DNA from: Candidatus Yonathbacteria bacterium RIFOXYD1_FULL_52_36
GTDB taxonomy: Bacteria > Patescibacteriota > Minisyncoccia > Phycocordibacterales > UBA1539_B
Assembly: GCA_001823605.1 (NCBI GenBank)
Contig: MHUZ01000034.1
Coordinates: 38,589-102,588 of the forward strand
DNA: 64,000 bases
Direction of reading: 5' to 3'
Made by a program: the position numbers and the translations under genes. Shown in pieces: positions 10,004 through 18,872 of the stretch; position 1 is the first letter of the stretch; every line of letters starts with the position of its first letter. A model generated the notes under the pieces. It saw only the letters and a program-made list of their open reading frames with translations. It ran no database searches and had not been told where the DNA came from.

Positions 10004-10182
10004 GATGATTTCCTTACGCCGGGAATAACGCCTTCGTTGGCAAGTTCACGGAAGCAGATGCGGCAGAGTTCAAAATCGCGCATATACCCCCTCTTTCGAC
10101 CGCACTTAAAACAGCGGCGCACGGTGCGCGTGCTGTACTTTGGCTCCTTTAGTGAGCGTGCAATTACTGATGTTTTTGCCAT
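9997..10182 (-). CDS. rpsN: 30S ribosomal protein S14, Zn-binding type
   Basis: RCFKCGR...LCRICFRE, 61 aa. Confidence 0.96.
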   Translation of the reverse strand: MAKTSVIARSLKEPKYSTRTVRRCFKCGRKRGYMRDFELCRICFRELANEGVIPGVRKSSW

Positions 10183-10324
10183 AAAAGATTAACTATAGTG
10201 AGGACATCCTATGGGATGCCTTCTTAGGGTGTGCGATATCGCGCAATTTTCCGGCTCTCCCCGTGTCTAACAGGATGAATCGGAACTATGCGGATCACAC
10301 TGATGCTCTTACAAGCACCACGCG

Positions 10325-10353
10325 ATGCTACCAGAAATAGGTGCTTACGTCAA
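10325..10353 (-). promoter_or_regulatory. Internal promoter upstream of rpsN
   Basis: TTGACG-N17-TAGCAT with extended TG, in a 229-bp rplE-rpsN gap. Confidence 0.6.
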
Positions 10354-10411
10354 TCACGCCCTGGCCGATGGTCCGTGGTGAACACCCGGCCAGGACGCGA
10401 TTGCTTTTGAA

Positions 10412-10951
10412 TTACGCCTTTTTGAACGGAACACCGATTCCGTCAAAGAACGCAACTGCTTCAGGTTTTGTCTTTGCGGTCGTAACGATCGTCACCGCGA
10501 AACCGAATACATCGCGAAGATCTTCGTCGGCAGTTTCAGGGAAGATTGTGTTCTCCTTGATGCCCAGGGTGAGGTTCCCCATCGCATCGATCGCCTTACG
10601 ATCAAATCCGCGAAAGTCGCGCATACGAGGAACGGCAACGTTGATAAACTTCTCGAGGAATCCCCACATCCGCTCGCCGCGAAGCGTTACCGCAACACCA
10701 ACATTCTCTCCTTCGCGGAGCTTGAATGAGGCGATCGATTTTTTTGCCGCACGAGGAGTCGGGCGCTGGCCGGTAATCTTAGCAAGACGGCTGGACACGA
10801 GCTCAAGTCGGCCCTTGCGGTCAGCGGTCTTTCCGGTACCCACGCTTACCACGACCTTCGTGATGTGCGGAGCAGCCATGATATTTTTCCAGCCAAAATC
10901 TCCCTTGAGTGCCTGGTAAGTTTCCTTTTCTTTTTCCTTGATCGTTTTCAT
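10412..10951 (-). CDS. rplE: 50S ribosomal protein L5
   Basis: ITGQRP, SIASFKLREG, PRMRDFRG. Confidence 0.97.
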   Translation of the reverse strand: MKTIKEKEKETYQALKGDFGWKNIMAAPHITKVVVSVGTGKTADRKGRLELVSSRLAKITGQRPTPRAAKKSIASFKLREGENVGVAVTLRGERMWGFLEKFINVAVPRMRDFRGFDRKAIDAMGNLTLGIKENTIFPETADEDLRDVFGFAVTIVTTAKTKPEAVAFFDGIGVPFKKA

Positions 10952-10988
10952 AAAATAGTCAGTGGTTCGTAGTCTGTGAGTTGCGACC

Positions 10989-11300
10989 TTATATCTCCGT
11001 ACCGCTCTTCTTGGCGATGCGCACGCGCTTCTCACCGACAACCTTCTTGCCAATACGTGACGGCTTGCCCGTCTTCGGATCAGCGATCATAACGTTTGAA
11101 ACGTGCATCGGTGCCGCAAACTCGACCGTCTGCCCTTTGGTACCGGCACGACGTGCCTTTACATGACGCTTGCGCATATTCATACCCTCAACAACCACGC
11201 GCGATTCACGCGGCATCGCTTCCGCGACCTTTCCTTTCTTCCCCTTCTCTTTTCCCGCGATAATGACCACGGTGTCTCCTTTTTTGATATTCATAGGCAT
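10989..11300 (-). CDS. rplX: 50S ribosomal protein L24
   Basis: IKKGDTVVIIAGKEKGKKG, PMHVSNV. Confidence 0.97.
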   Translation of the reverse strand: MPMNIKKGDTVVIIAGKEKGKKGKVAEAMPRESRVVVEGMNMRKRHVKARRAGTKGQTVEFAAPMHVSNVMIADPKTGKPSRIGKKVVGEKRVRIAKKSGTEI

Positions 11301-11671
11301 TACACTACTTCAGGGGCAAGTGAGATAATCTTCTGATAGCCAAGCTCGGCGAGCTCGCGCGGAATCGGACCGAATACACGACCACCCTTCGGATCCTGCT
11401 TGTCTTTCTCGAGAATGATGACCGCATTGTCGTCAAAGCGGATCATACTGCCGTCTCGGCGGCGGAACGGCTTGCGCTGGCGCACCACAACTGCCTGGAG
11501 GACGTCTTTTTTCTTTACGCCCTTGCGTGGCTCAGCAACTTGTACCGAGAGGATCACCAGATCTCCGATCTCAGCGTAGCGTTTCTTGCTTGAACCGAGC
11601 ACTTTGAAGACGCGGCCGATCTTGCCGCCGCAGTTATCCGTTATTTTTACAATGGAACGAGGTTGGATCAT
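11300..11671 (-). CDS. rplN: 50S ribosomal protein L14
   Basis: MIQ, RFDDNA, KIISLAPEVV. Confidence 0.98.
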   Translation of the reverse strand: MIQPRSIVKITDNCGGKIGRVFKVLGSSKKRYAEIGDLVILSVQVAEPRKGVKKKDVLQAVVVRQRKPFRRRDGSMIRFDDNAVIILEKDKQDPKGGRVFGPIPRELAELGYQKIISLAPEVV

Positions 11672-11680
11672 ATATCAAAA

Positions 11681-11932
11681 TTATGCCTTTGAAATCACTT
11701 GGAAGTGTTTATCCTTTGAGATCGGCGGAACTTCCTGGATGAACACGATATCGCCTACATGGTAGGTGTTTGTCTCATCATGGGCCTTGTAGCGCTTGCT
11801 CCGCGTGATGTACTTCTTGTACTTCGGATGCTTCACGTACCGGTTCACACGAACAACAACCGTCTTTTCCATTTTGTCGGAAACCACAGTGCCCTTGAGT
11901 GTCTTTGGTGTTTTTTTCTCTGGTGTTGTCAT
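11681..11932 (-). CDS. rpsQ: 30S ribosomal protein S17
   Basis: [24 protein letters not shown]. Confidence 0.97.
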   Translation of the reverse strand: MTTPEKKTPKTLKGTVVSDKMEKTVVVRVNRYVKHPKYKKYITRSKRYKAHDETNTYHVGDIVFIQEVPPISKDKHFQVISKA

Positions 11933-11941
11933 GGCGGTTGT

Positions 11942-12136
11942 TTAATTCGTTTCGTTGCGGCGAGATGAGAGCTCGGTCATGATCCGGGCGATCTGCTTGC
12001 GGATATTGCGGCCCTCCTTCACGTCTTTGACTTTACCGCCCGCAACCGAAATACGGAAATCAAAGAGACTCTTGCGTGATTCAGCAAGTTCCTTGTGGAG
12101 ATCCTTAATATCTTTTTCTTTATAGTTCGATTGCAT
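11942..12136 (-). CDS. rpmC: 50S ribosomal protein L29
   Basis: IRKQIARIMT; position between rplP and rpsQ. Confidence 0.92.
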   Translation of the reverse strand: MQSNYKEKDIKDLHKELAESRKSLFDFRISVAGGKVKDVKEGRNIRKQIARIMTELSSRRNETN

Positions 12137-12173
12137 GGTGGTGTAATACTACGTATATTTACTCGTCCGTCAA

Positions 12174-12599
12174 CTATGCTACATCCCGACCGACCACTTT
12201 GGTCTTGAGCGGGAGCTTCGAACCCGCCTTGCGGAGCGCCTCGCGCGCTACCTCAGGAGTCACACCGTCCACCTCAAACAGCATGCGACCGGGGCGAACC
12301 TGAAATTCGTATCCTTGCGGATCTCCTTTTCCCTTACCCATGCCCACTTCAGCCGGCTTTGCGGTGTAAGGGCGGTCAGGGAAGATGCGGATCCAGAGCT
12401 TGCCGGTCTTGCCAATCGTGCGTGACACAACCTTACGTGCGGCTTCGATCTGGTTTGATCGAACGCGTGCCGGAGTTTCAGCCTTGAGGCCGAATGAGCC
12501 GAATGAAAGCGCAATGCCGCGCGTCTCGCTAAGCGGACGCTTCGGGTTGCGGCGCATGGTGTGCCATTTTCTAAATTTTACTTTCTTCGGGAATAACAT
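12174..12599 (-). CDS. rplP: 50S ribosomal protein L16
   Basis: QIEAAR, WIRIFPD, MGKGKG. Confidence 0.98.
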   Translation of the reverse strand: MLFPKKVKFRKWHTMRRNPKRPLSETRGIALSFGSFGLKAETPARVRSNQIEAARKVVSRTIGKTGKLWIRIFPDRPYTAKPAEVGMGKGKGDPQGYEFQVRPGRMLFEVDGVTPEVAREALRKAGSKLPLKTKVVGRDVA

Positions 12600-12608
12600 G
12601 GTGAAATA

Positions 12609-13292
12609 TTATGCTGTTTGATTCTTGGTCTCAACCGGCTGTTCAAACACATCGCCACGATAGATCCACACCTTGATGCCGACCACGCCGTAGGTCATGT
12701 ATGCCTTCTCGCGTGCGAAATCAATGTCTGAACGGAATGTCTGGAGCGGAATTCCACCGCGCTTGAGTTCCTCGGTGCGGCTCATGTCGGCACCGCCCAA
12801 ACGGCCAGAGAGTGCGAGCTTTGCACCTTTAACGTCGCGGTTCGCCATTACCTTCTCCATGGTCTGCTTAAGCACCATACGGAACGGCAAGCGCTTCTCG
12901 AGGCCTTCAGCGATCATCGCACCAACGATCGCTGCGTTTGACTCAGGAGACTTGATCTCCTCGATGTCGAGACGAAATTCTTTGGGGAACTCGATCTTCT
13001 GGCGCTGCGCAAATTTCATGATGTCTGCGCGGAGCTTCACAGAACCCTCTCCGCTGCGGCCAATGAGCATACCCGGGCGCGAGGTGCGAATGATAAGGCG
13101 GAACATTTTTTCATTGCGCTCGATCTCAACACCGCCAACATAGTTTCCACGAAGGCGCTTGGTGAGATACTCACGAAGGAGGATATCGCCACGAAGTGCG
13201 CCCTTGTAGCGTCCCGGCACGCCGAACCAGCGAGACTTCCAGTCCTTGATGATGCCGAGGCGGTGTGCGTAGGGATGTACAATATGTGTCAT
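12609..13292 (-). CDS. rpsC: 30S ribosomal protein S3
   Basis: RLGIIKDWKSRW, SGRLGGA, IPLQTFRSDID, YGVVGIKVW. Confidence 0.98.
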   Translation of the reverse strand: MTHIVHPYAHRLGIIKDWKSRWFGVPGRYKGALRGDILLREYLTKRLRGNYVGGVEIERNEKMFRLIIRTSRPGMLIGRSGEGSVKLRADIMKFAQRQKIEFPKEFRLDIEEIKSPESNAAIVGAMIAEGLEKRLPFRMVLKQTMEKVMANRDVKGAKLALSGRLGGADMSRTEELKRGGIPLQTFRSDIDFAREKAYMTYGVVGIKVWIYRGDVFEQPVETKNQTA

Positions 13293-13318
13293 AAGCGTCT
13301 AGTCTAAATAGTGTCTCG

Positions 13319-13765
13319 TTATGCTTTCTTAACGGTTTTCTTTACAGGCTTCTTTGCTTCTACTTTTTTTGCCGGTGCTTTCTCTGTGCTTTTCTTGGGA
13401 GCAACGGCTTTTGCTTCCTTGCTGACAAGTTGTGCACCGCTCTTTGAAACGAGCTCTACGACAACATTACTCGCCTTTTTGCGAATAACCGATGAACTGC
13501 CGCGTGCTTTCGGCAAGCTGCGCTTAAGCAACATACCCTTGTCTACACGCATGCTCTTGATCGTCAAATCCTCGTCGGTAGCACCAAAATTGTGGCGTGC
13601 ATTCGCTGCTGCTGATTCAATGAGCTTCTTCATAGGAAGCGCGGCGCGCTTGGTGAGCGCATTAAGCTCATTTAAAGCCTGGGGTACGGTCTTTCCCTGT
13701 ACCATGCGGGCGACAAGGCGTACTTTGCGCGGAGACTGACGATAATTTGAGAGGATCGCTTTCAT
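13319..13765 (-). CDS. rplV: 50S ribosomal protein L22 with Lys/Ala-rich C-terminal tail
   Basis: SPRKVRLV, SAAANA, PKARG. Confidence 0.96.
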   Translation of the reverse strand: MKAILSNYRQSPRKVRLVARMVQGKTVPQALNELNALTKRAALPMKKLIESAAANARHNFGATDEDLTIKSMRVDKGMLLKRSLPKARGSSSVIRKKASNVVVELVSKSGAQLVSKEAKAVAPKKSTEKAPAKKVEAKKPVKKTVKKA

Positions 13766-13770
13766 AAAAA

Positions 13771-14118
13771 TTATTTCTTCTTCGTGTCAGTTGCGGCAGT
13801 TTTTGCTGCTTTAGCGGCGGTGATCTCGGCCTCTTTCTTCTTCTGCTCGAGTTCCTTCTGCATTTTACCGCCGTGACGAACGAATTTCTTGGTCGGTGAA
13901 AACTCGCCCAAACGGTGCCCGACCATGTCCTCGGTCACCAAAACCTCGATATGATCCTTGCCGTTGTGGACACCAAAGGTAAATCCGACCATTTCAGGTG
14001 CGATCTGGCTTGCACGTGCCCACGTCTTAATAACGCCGCTGGTGCTGGCTTTTTTACCGTCTATTTTCTTAATAAGTTTCGGGTCAATGTAAGGACCCTT
14101 GTGTAGTGATCGTGTCAT
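13771..14118 (-). CDS. rpsS: 30S ribosomal protein S19
   Basis: [27 protein letters not shown]. Confidence 0.97.
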   Translation of the reverse strand: MTRSLHKGPYIDPKLIKKIDGKKASTSGVIKTWARASQIAPEMVGFTFGVHNGKDHIEVLVTEDMVGHRLGEFSPTKKFVRHGGKMQKELEQKKKEAEITAAKAAKTAATDTKKK

Positions 14119-14207
14119 AGGAAATTTGCGCCTCGGCCCCGGGAAAATGTACCCGATGGGTCAAATGGGCACAAAAAGAAAAACGAGCCCGGAAAGAGCT
14201 TCAGGTC

Positions 14208-14235
14208 ATATTAGCAGAAACGAAGAGAATGTCAA
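14208..14235 (-). promoter_or_regulatory. Promoter restarting the S10 operon at rpsS
   Basis: TTGACA-N16-TAATAT with extended TG. Confidence 0.7.
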
Positions 14236-14280
14236 CCGCGTAAGGTTTCTCTGGTGACGATCTGTGGCACGTGAGTTACA

Positions 14281-14318
14281 CCAGAAAACGGCTCACCCAG
14301 GGGTGAGCCGTTTTCTGG
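14281..14318. repeat. AAACGGCTCA palindrome, copy 1
   Basis: CCAGAAAACGGCTCACCC-AG-GGGTGAGCCGTTTTCTGG. Confidence 0.9.
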
Positions 14319-14374
14319 GCCGTTTCGAGCCTTCTCTCTCGACATGTAGGCCGGGAGCCTTACGGCTTCTACCC

Positions 14375-16759
14375 CTACCGCGGCCTGATCGCGCCAATAT
14401 TAAATTCGCTCGTGTCGGTTGCACTGATACAGCCAGGGTCGGCATCGGCTGGGGTGCCCGCACCGTTAAAATCAGTGTAGCCGTCACTATCGTTGTCGAT
14501 ACCATCACTACAAACTACGTCAGTGAATTGCGTCGAGGAGTCATTTTCGTCATCATCGCTGGAGTCCACACAGCCGGGATCAACCAAAGAGGCGTCGCCG
14601 GTGCCATCATAGTCAATGAATCCGTCGCCGTCATTGTCAGTGTTGTCTACGCACTGCACAGCCACGCAGTACTCCCCATCCCAAACATTACTGCTCCCAC
14701 ACATGGCGGCGGGATAGATCTCAAGGAGCACATCAGTACCATTGCGTGCTTGGATCGTATTCTCCCCGTAGACGATCTCTTTAATTTGCCCAACAGAAGA
14801 CCCTGTCACATACAGTTCTCCTGTTGTTTGGTTGTAGAAGTTCGGAGAAAGCGCGTCGGTAACAGTTCCCACAACGTACGACCAGCACGTACTCATTCCA
14901 CGCGCGATAGTGCAATCGTACGCAGAAAGCGTTGCACTGGGCACAATGGGTGTAGTCGATTCGGTCACGACCACGTCTACCCAGGGGCTGCAGTTGTCAT
15001 TTTCGCTTGTTTCCGGGATGCTGTTGGAACTATCGGCACACGCGCGCATGGAGTAGGTGCCTGCAGTCGGGAATATGTATGAAATACTGCTCACCGCACT
15101 GGTACCACTTGCAAGCGCTGCCCTAGATATCAAGAACTCCTGGATCGTACCCAAACCGTCACTCTGGCTTGCCAGCTCAATCTTGTTCACGAAAGAATTA
15201 CCTGTCGATGCGGCTCCCTCGTTCGTGATGGTCGCAGAGAATGCCGTTGTCTTGCCGGCGAACGCAGTAGTTGGAGCTACTGAAGAAGCCTTGAGGTTGG
15301 ACATGGAGACCGTGACATTTCCCCATGTACTACAATTATTTGATTCATCGGACTCGGCAATGACTCCTCCGTCCGTGCTTGATGACTTGTCAGCACACGC
15401 GCGCATGGAATAGGTGCCTGCTGTCGGGAATGTGTATGCTTTATCTTTTGGGGAAACCGACCCCACATTACTGAGTACGGGGTGCGTCGATGCAGAAAGG
15501 TCTGTGATTCCTCCGTTGCCATCTGCAAGACTTGCCACCTGGAAAAAATACGGGAAGCTTGTGTCGGTGCTTGCGGTACCGTTGTTGTAGATAATTGCTG
15601 AGAATGTCGTGGAGACGCCCGCAATAACGTTTGTGGGCATGGAATACATATTCGCAGTAAGGTCAGGGATACCCAGCCCGCCCGTGACTGTGACCGTGTC
15701 TGATGCGGTTAAGACCGTACCGTCTGTTGCAATACACTGAACAGTAAATACCGTCTTGTCATAAAGAGGAGTCACGGTTGTGTCGAATCCTGCAGTTGCG
15801 TTGCCGGTTTGAAAACCAGAGTCTGCGCCAGAGATCACACTGCACGATGTCGTGTCTCCAGAATCCCAACCCACACTAATGACGTCACCCTTGGAAACAG
15901 TCTTGTACACTGGACCATACGTGAACGCAGTAACATCAACGAACCTCACTTCCGGAGAGACGTACGGGGGCGGAGCCTCACGCTTTTGAATCCTACCTAC
16001 ATCAAAGTTGTTGTCTGCTCCTCCTACAATATACACATTACCTAGGTCATCTGGCTCCATAGAGTATGGTCCATACCAAAGTTGTGCCGCCTCTCCTTGT
16101 ACGGTGTATGGTCCGTAAGTATATTTCGTCATCCATTCCCCTTTGGGAATAGAGTATATTACCCTATTAACAACTCCTTCAGTTGCAGCCTCAATTTGAA
16201 GGTAACTAGGCCAGCTCGAGTTAAAACCTGTATACGTACTGTTCTGCTCAAGAGACAAACTAGTGCGTGAATAGTTGTCATAGACATTACGCATCTTGGT
16301 ATTGTTATCTCCAGCTAAATCATTTACGTCGAAATCTGGACTGGGATCAACATAAACGGAGACAAGACCAAGGTCACTTTTCCTCCTAATCTCCCACGAA
16401 CCTCCCCACATAGATATTTTTATATTATCACTACCATCAAAAGACACATACCTAACTCCATAGGGAGCTACACTTGTTACCTTTGAAAGCAGTGCTCCAC
16501 TACTAGGTGACCACTTTTGAACCAGAGGGGTTGTTACTGTGTAAAAAAAGTAACCGTATCTATTTCTTCCTGTATATACACCAGTTGCATCTGCAGCAGC
16601 GTCAGAAAAATTATCCCCCGCTGAGTCGATTGACCAAATTAAGTCCCCAAAGGCTGCCGATGCCTGCGTGTACCCCGTAAAAAATATCCCTGCGGCAAGC
16701 AGTATGCTTCCTACTGCTGAAAAAATCTGCTTCTGTAGGTAAGTAGTGTTCATGGTCAT
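14375..16759 (-). CDS. Large secreted modular surface protein A (propeller-like N-terminus, Ig-like, 2x CARDB, Cys/Asp repeats)
   Basis: N-terminal signal (QASA), two CARDB-like units (RACAD...E..E.NNC), DxDxDG..DPGC repeats; paralogous to 56731-60225. Confidence 0.75.
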   Translation of the reverse strand: MTMNTTYLQKQIFSAVGSILLAAGIFFTGYTQASAAFGDLIWSIDSAGDNFSDAAADATGVYTGRNRYGYFFYTVTTPLVQKWSPSSGALLSKVTSVAPYGVRYVSFDGSDNIKISMWGGSWEIRRKSDLGLVSVYVDPSPDFDVNDLAGDNNTKMRNVYDNYSRTSLSLEQNSTYTGFNSSWPSYLQIEAATEGVVNRVIYSIPKGEWMTKYTYGPYTVQGEAAQLWYGPYSMEPDDLGNVYIVGGADNNFDVGRIQKREAPPPYVSPEVRFVDVTAFTYGPVYKTVSKGDVISVGWDSGDTTSCSVISGADSGFQTGNATAGFDTTVTPLYDKTVFTVQCIATDGTVLTASDTVTVTGGLGIPDLTANMYSMPTNVIAGVSTTFSAIIYNNGTASTDTSFPYFFQVASLADGNGGITDLSASTHPVLSNVGSVSPKDKAYTFPTAGTYSMRACADKSSSTDGGVIAESDESNNCSTWGNVTVSMSNLKASSVAPTTAFAGKTTAFSATITNEGAASTGNSFVNKIELASQSDGLGTIQEFLISRAALASGTSAVSSISYIFPTAGTYSMRACADSSNSIPETSENDNCSPWVDVVVTESTTPIVPSATLSAYDCTIARGMSTCWSYVVGTVTDALSPNFYNQTTGELYVTGSSVGQIKEIVYGENTIQARNGTDVLLEIYPAAMCGSSNVWDGEYCVAVQCVDNTDNDGDGFIDYDGTGDASLVDPGCVDSSDDDENDSSTQFTDVVCSDGIDNDSDGYTDFNGAGTPADADPGCISATDTSEFNIGAIRPR

Positions 16760-17511
16760 TAGGGCATTAGGTAAATCTTCGTTGCGTTGAACCTGTTGAT
16801 CGAGTACACATTCCCCTCACCCCAAGCGGTCACCTGCGCTCCCGCCACAATGTCGCTCATTGTTTTTCCTTCCAAAAACTCCGTGGTCGGGGTAATGGTG
16901 ATCGTGTATCGCTTCGTGACATACGGGACAGTGAACGAGCCACTTGATGTATCGAGACTATCCAGCTTTTCTTCATCGGCAACTTCTGTCTCGATAGTCA
17001 ATGTCTTTCCTCTAACACTGAGTACCTTCCCCGCGATCATGTCGCGTTGTGTAACCTCGTTGATGACTTGTGTTTTGAGATCAAAACGCTCCACGGACAG
17101 CGCCGTGGGGTGATCGGTCTCGTAAATACTTGCGGATAGCACGGTTTTAACGATCAAGCCCGTGGTAATCTCATTCTTCATGAAACCAACGTATGATGTC
17201 TCGGGACTGAGGTTGATAGTGATCTCACGGTCAGAAAACTGAAGTGGTGTCCTTTTTCGCACAGACTCCTCAACAGTATCGACGTCCCCAACTTGAGTTT
17301 TTATGGTGATCGTCGTATCGGTAATCGCCACGACCGTGCCTTCGATATGTGTGCCGCTTGCAATGAGCTCCTGACGAACCTGTGCGGTCAATTCTTCAAC
17401 ACCCATGCCTTGGGGTTCTGGAGTGCGCATGAGGATAAATGCGACGGCCACAACGAGAACCATGAGCCCTACAATGAATACACCCGGCCGTTCTTTTATT
17501 TTTTGAAACAT
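16759..17511 (-). CDS. Single-TM protein with two small beta domains (DUF5666-like)
   Basis: N-terminal TM; repeated G.V..i....lti....T.f.......i..G..V pattern; TAATG overlap with protein A. Confidence 0.6.
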   Translation of the reverse strand: MFQKIKERPGVFIVGLMVLVVAVAFILMRTPEPQGMGVEELTAQVRQELIASGTHIEGTVVAITDTTITIKTQVGDVDTVEESVRKRTPLQFSDREITINLSPETSYVGFMKNEITTGLIVKTVLSASIYETDHPTALSVERFDLKTQVINEVTQRDMIAGKVLSVRGKTLTIETEVADEEKLDSLDTSSGSFTVPYVTKRYTITITPTTEFLEGKTMSDIVAGAQVTAWGEGNVYSINRFNATKIYLMP

Positions 17512-17578
17512 AGAGAAAGCTGATTTGATTATGTATCTATATAGTACCCCGCGCCAAGAGAAGCGCGGGTGTGGATAA

Positions 17579-17615
17579 CAAAAAAAACGGCTCACCTGGG
17601 TGAGCCGTTTTTTTG
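17579..17615. repeat. AAACGGCTCA palindrome, copy 2 (terminator-like, after rplB)
   Basis: CAAAAAAAACGGCTCACC-TG-GGTGAGCCGTTTTTTTG. Confidence 0.9.
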
Positions 17616-17619
17616 AAAA

Positions 17620-18474
17620 TTAATCGGTGCCTTTTGAGCGCTTGCCGCGCTTTTTGCGGCGAGAAACGATGAGGAGATTTGAATACTTCTTGGGCTTGCG
17701 TGTCTTTACGCCGCCAGTCTTCTTTCCCCATGCAGTCTTAGGATATTTTGTACCACGCGGCTGGCTTCCTTCACCTCCACCGTACGGGTGGTCAACAGGG
17801 TTCATGGCTGTACCACGAACTGTCGGGCGGATACCGAGCCAACGTGAGCGTCCTGCCTTGCCGATCGTGCGAAGTTTGAATTCTTCGTTCGAAACCTCAC
17901 CGATCGATGCCCATGCGGCATCAGGAATGCGGCGCACTTCTGTTGAGGGGAGTTTTACGTGGGTGTAGCCGGCGTCATGTGCAATCACTTCAGCATAGTT
18001 TCCTGCCGAGCGAACGAGACGCGCACCGCCGTTCGGGTGAATTTCAAGATTGTACACGAATGTCCCGACCGGAACATTGCGAAGGAGTGTGCGGTTTCCC
18101 GGAGTGAGGGGTGCTTTTTCTGAAACCAAAAATGACGTGCCGACACTGAGGGCCTTCGGCGCGATCACGTAGCGGCGCTCGCCGTCTGCGTAACACACCA
18201 GCGCAATAAAGCTTGAGCGGTTCGGGTCGTACTCAATAGTCTCAACCTTTGCGGGGATATCACGCTTTGCGTAAAGAAAATCGATCTCGCGATAGAGGCG
18301 CTTGTGTCCACCTCCTTTGTGGCGCACCGTAATGCGACCATCGGCGTTGCGTCCCATAAAACGCTTGCGGCCCTTAGTGAGGGACTTTTTCGGCTCTGAT
18401 GCCGTCAAAACTCCGCGGTACGAGACCGTAGTCATGTGGCGGCGCGACGGTGTTGTTGGTCGATAGCTTTTCAT
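17620..18474 (-). CDS. rplB: 50S ribosomal protein L2
   Basis: IEYDPNRS, RPTVRGTAMNPVDHPYGGGEG. Confidence 0.98.
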   Translation of the reverse strand: MKSYRPTTPSRRHMTTVSYRGVLTASEPKKSLTKGRKRFMGRNADGRITVRHKGGGHKRLYREIDFLYAKRDIPAKVETIEYDPNRSSFIALVCYADGERRYVIAPKALSVGTSFLVSEKAPLTPGNRTLLRNVPVGTFVYNLEIHPNGGARLVRSAGNYAEVIAHDAGYTHVKLPSTEVRRIPDAAWASIGEVSNEEFKLRTIGKAGRSRWLGIRPTVRGTAMNPVDHPYGGGEGSQPRGTKYPKTAWGKKTGGVKTRKPKKYSNLLIVSRRKKRGKRSKGTD

Positions 18475-18478
18475 ACGC

Positions 18479-18862
18479 TTATGCAAATTCAATTACATCG
18501 CCTTTTTTGAGCATTACATATGCCTTGTGAATGGCGGCTTTCTTTCCTCTTTTTCCACGCACGACCACATTCTTTGCGGGCGTATGGACCACGTTGACCG
18601 ATACGGGATCGAATCCGTAGATCTCTTTGATGGCACGCTTGATCTCGATCTTGTTGGAACGAGCATCAACCTCAAATGCGTAAGTATTTTTCTCAGCAAG
18701 GAGCGCTGCCTTTTCGGTGATGCGCGGGCGCTTGATCACTGAGTGTGATGAGCGCGAAGAAACTGCGGGAGATCCTCCCTTAGTATTCCCTCCTGTCTTA
18801 GAAGCTACCGCCTTTTTTGCGGAGCCGGACTTTTTTGTTTTAAGAATATCGGTGAATGCCAT
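18479..18862 (-). CDS. rplW: 50S ribosomal protein L23
   Basis: PRITEKA, NKIEIKRAI, KAYVML. Confidence 0.95.
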   Translation of the reverse strand: MAFTDILKTKKSGSAKKAVASKTGGNTKGGSPAVSSRSSHSVIKRPRITEKAALLAEKNTYAFEVDARSNKIEIKRAIKEIYGFDPVSVNVVHTPAKNVVVRGKRGKKAAIHKAYVMLKKGDVIEFA

Positions 18863-18872
18863 GGTAGGTATG

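Noticed and set aside
14375-14520. Similar 3' ends of proteins A and B as a DGR TR/VR pair or shufflon
   Set aside because: Differences are mostly third-position and not adenine-specific; no reverse transcriptase or invertase is present
14264-15082. 272-aa plus-strand ORF and other long antisense ORFs (e.g. 61972-62841, 36772-37455, 39563-40231)
   Set aside because: Shadow frames opposite well-supported genes, with no motifs or expression signals
17570-17578. Replication origin
   Set aside because: Single DnaA box with no cluster or AT-rich unwinding element
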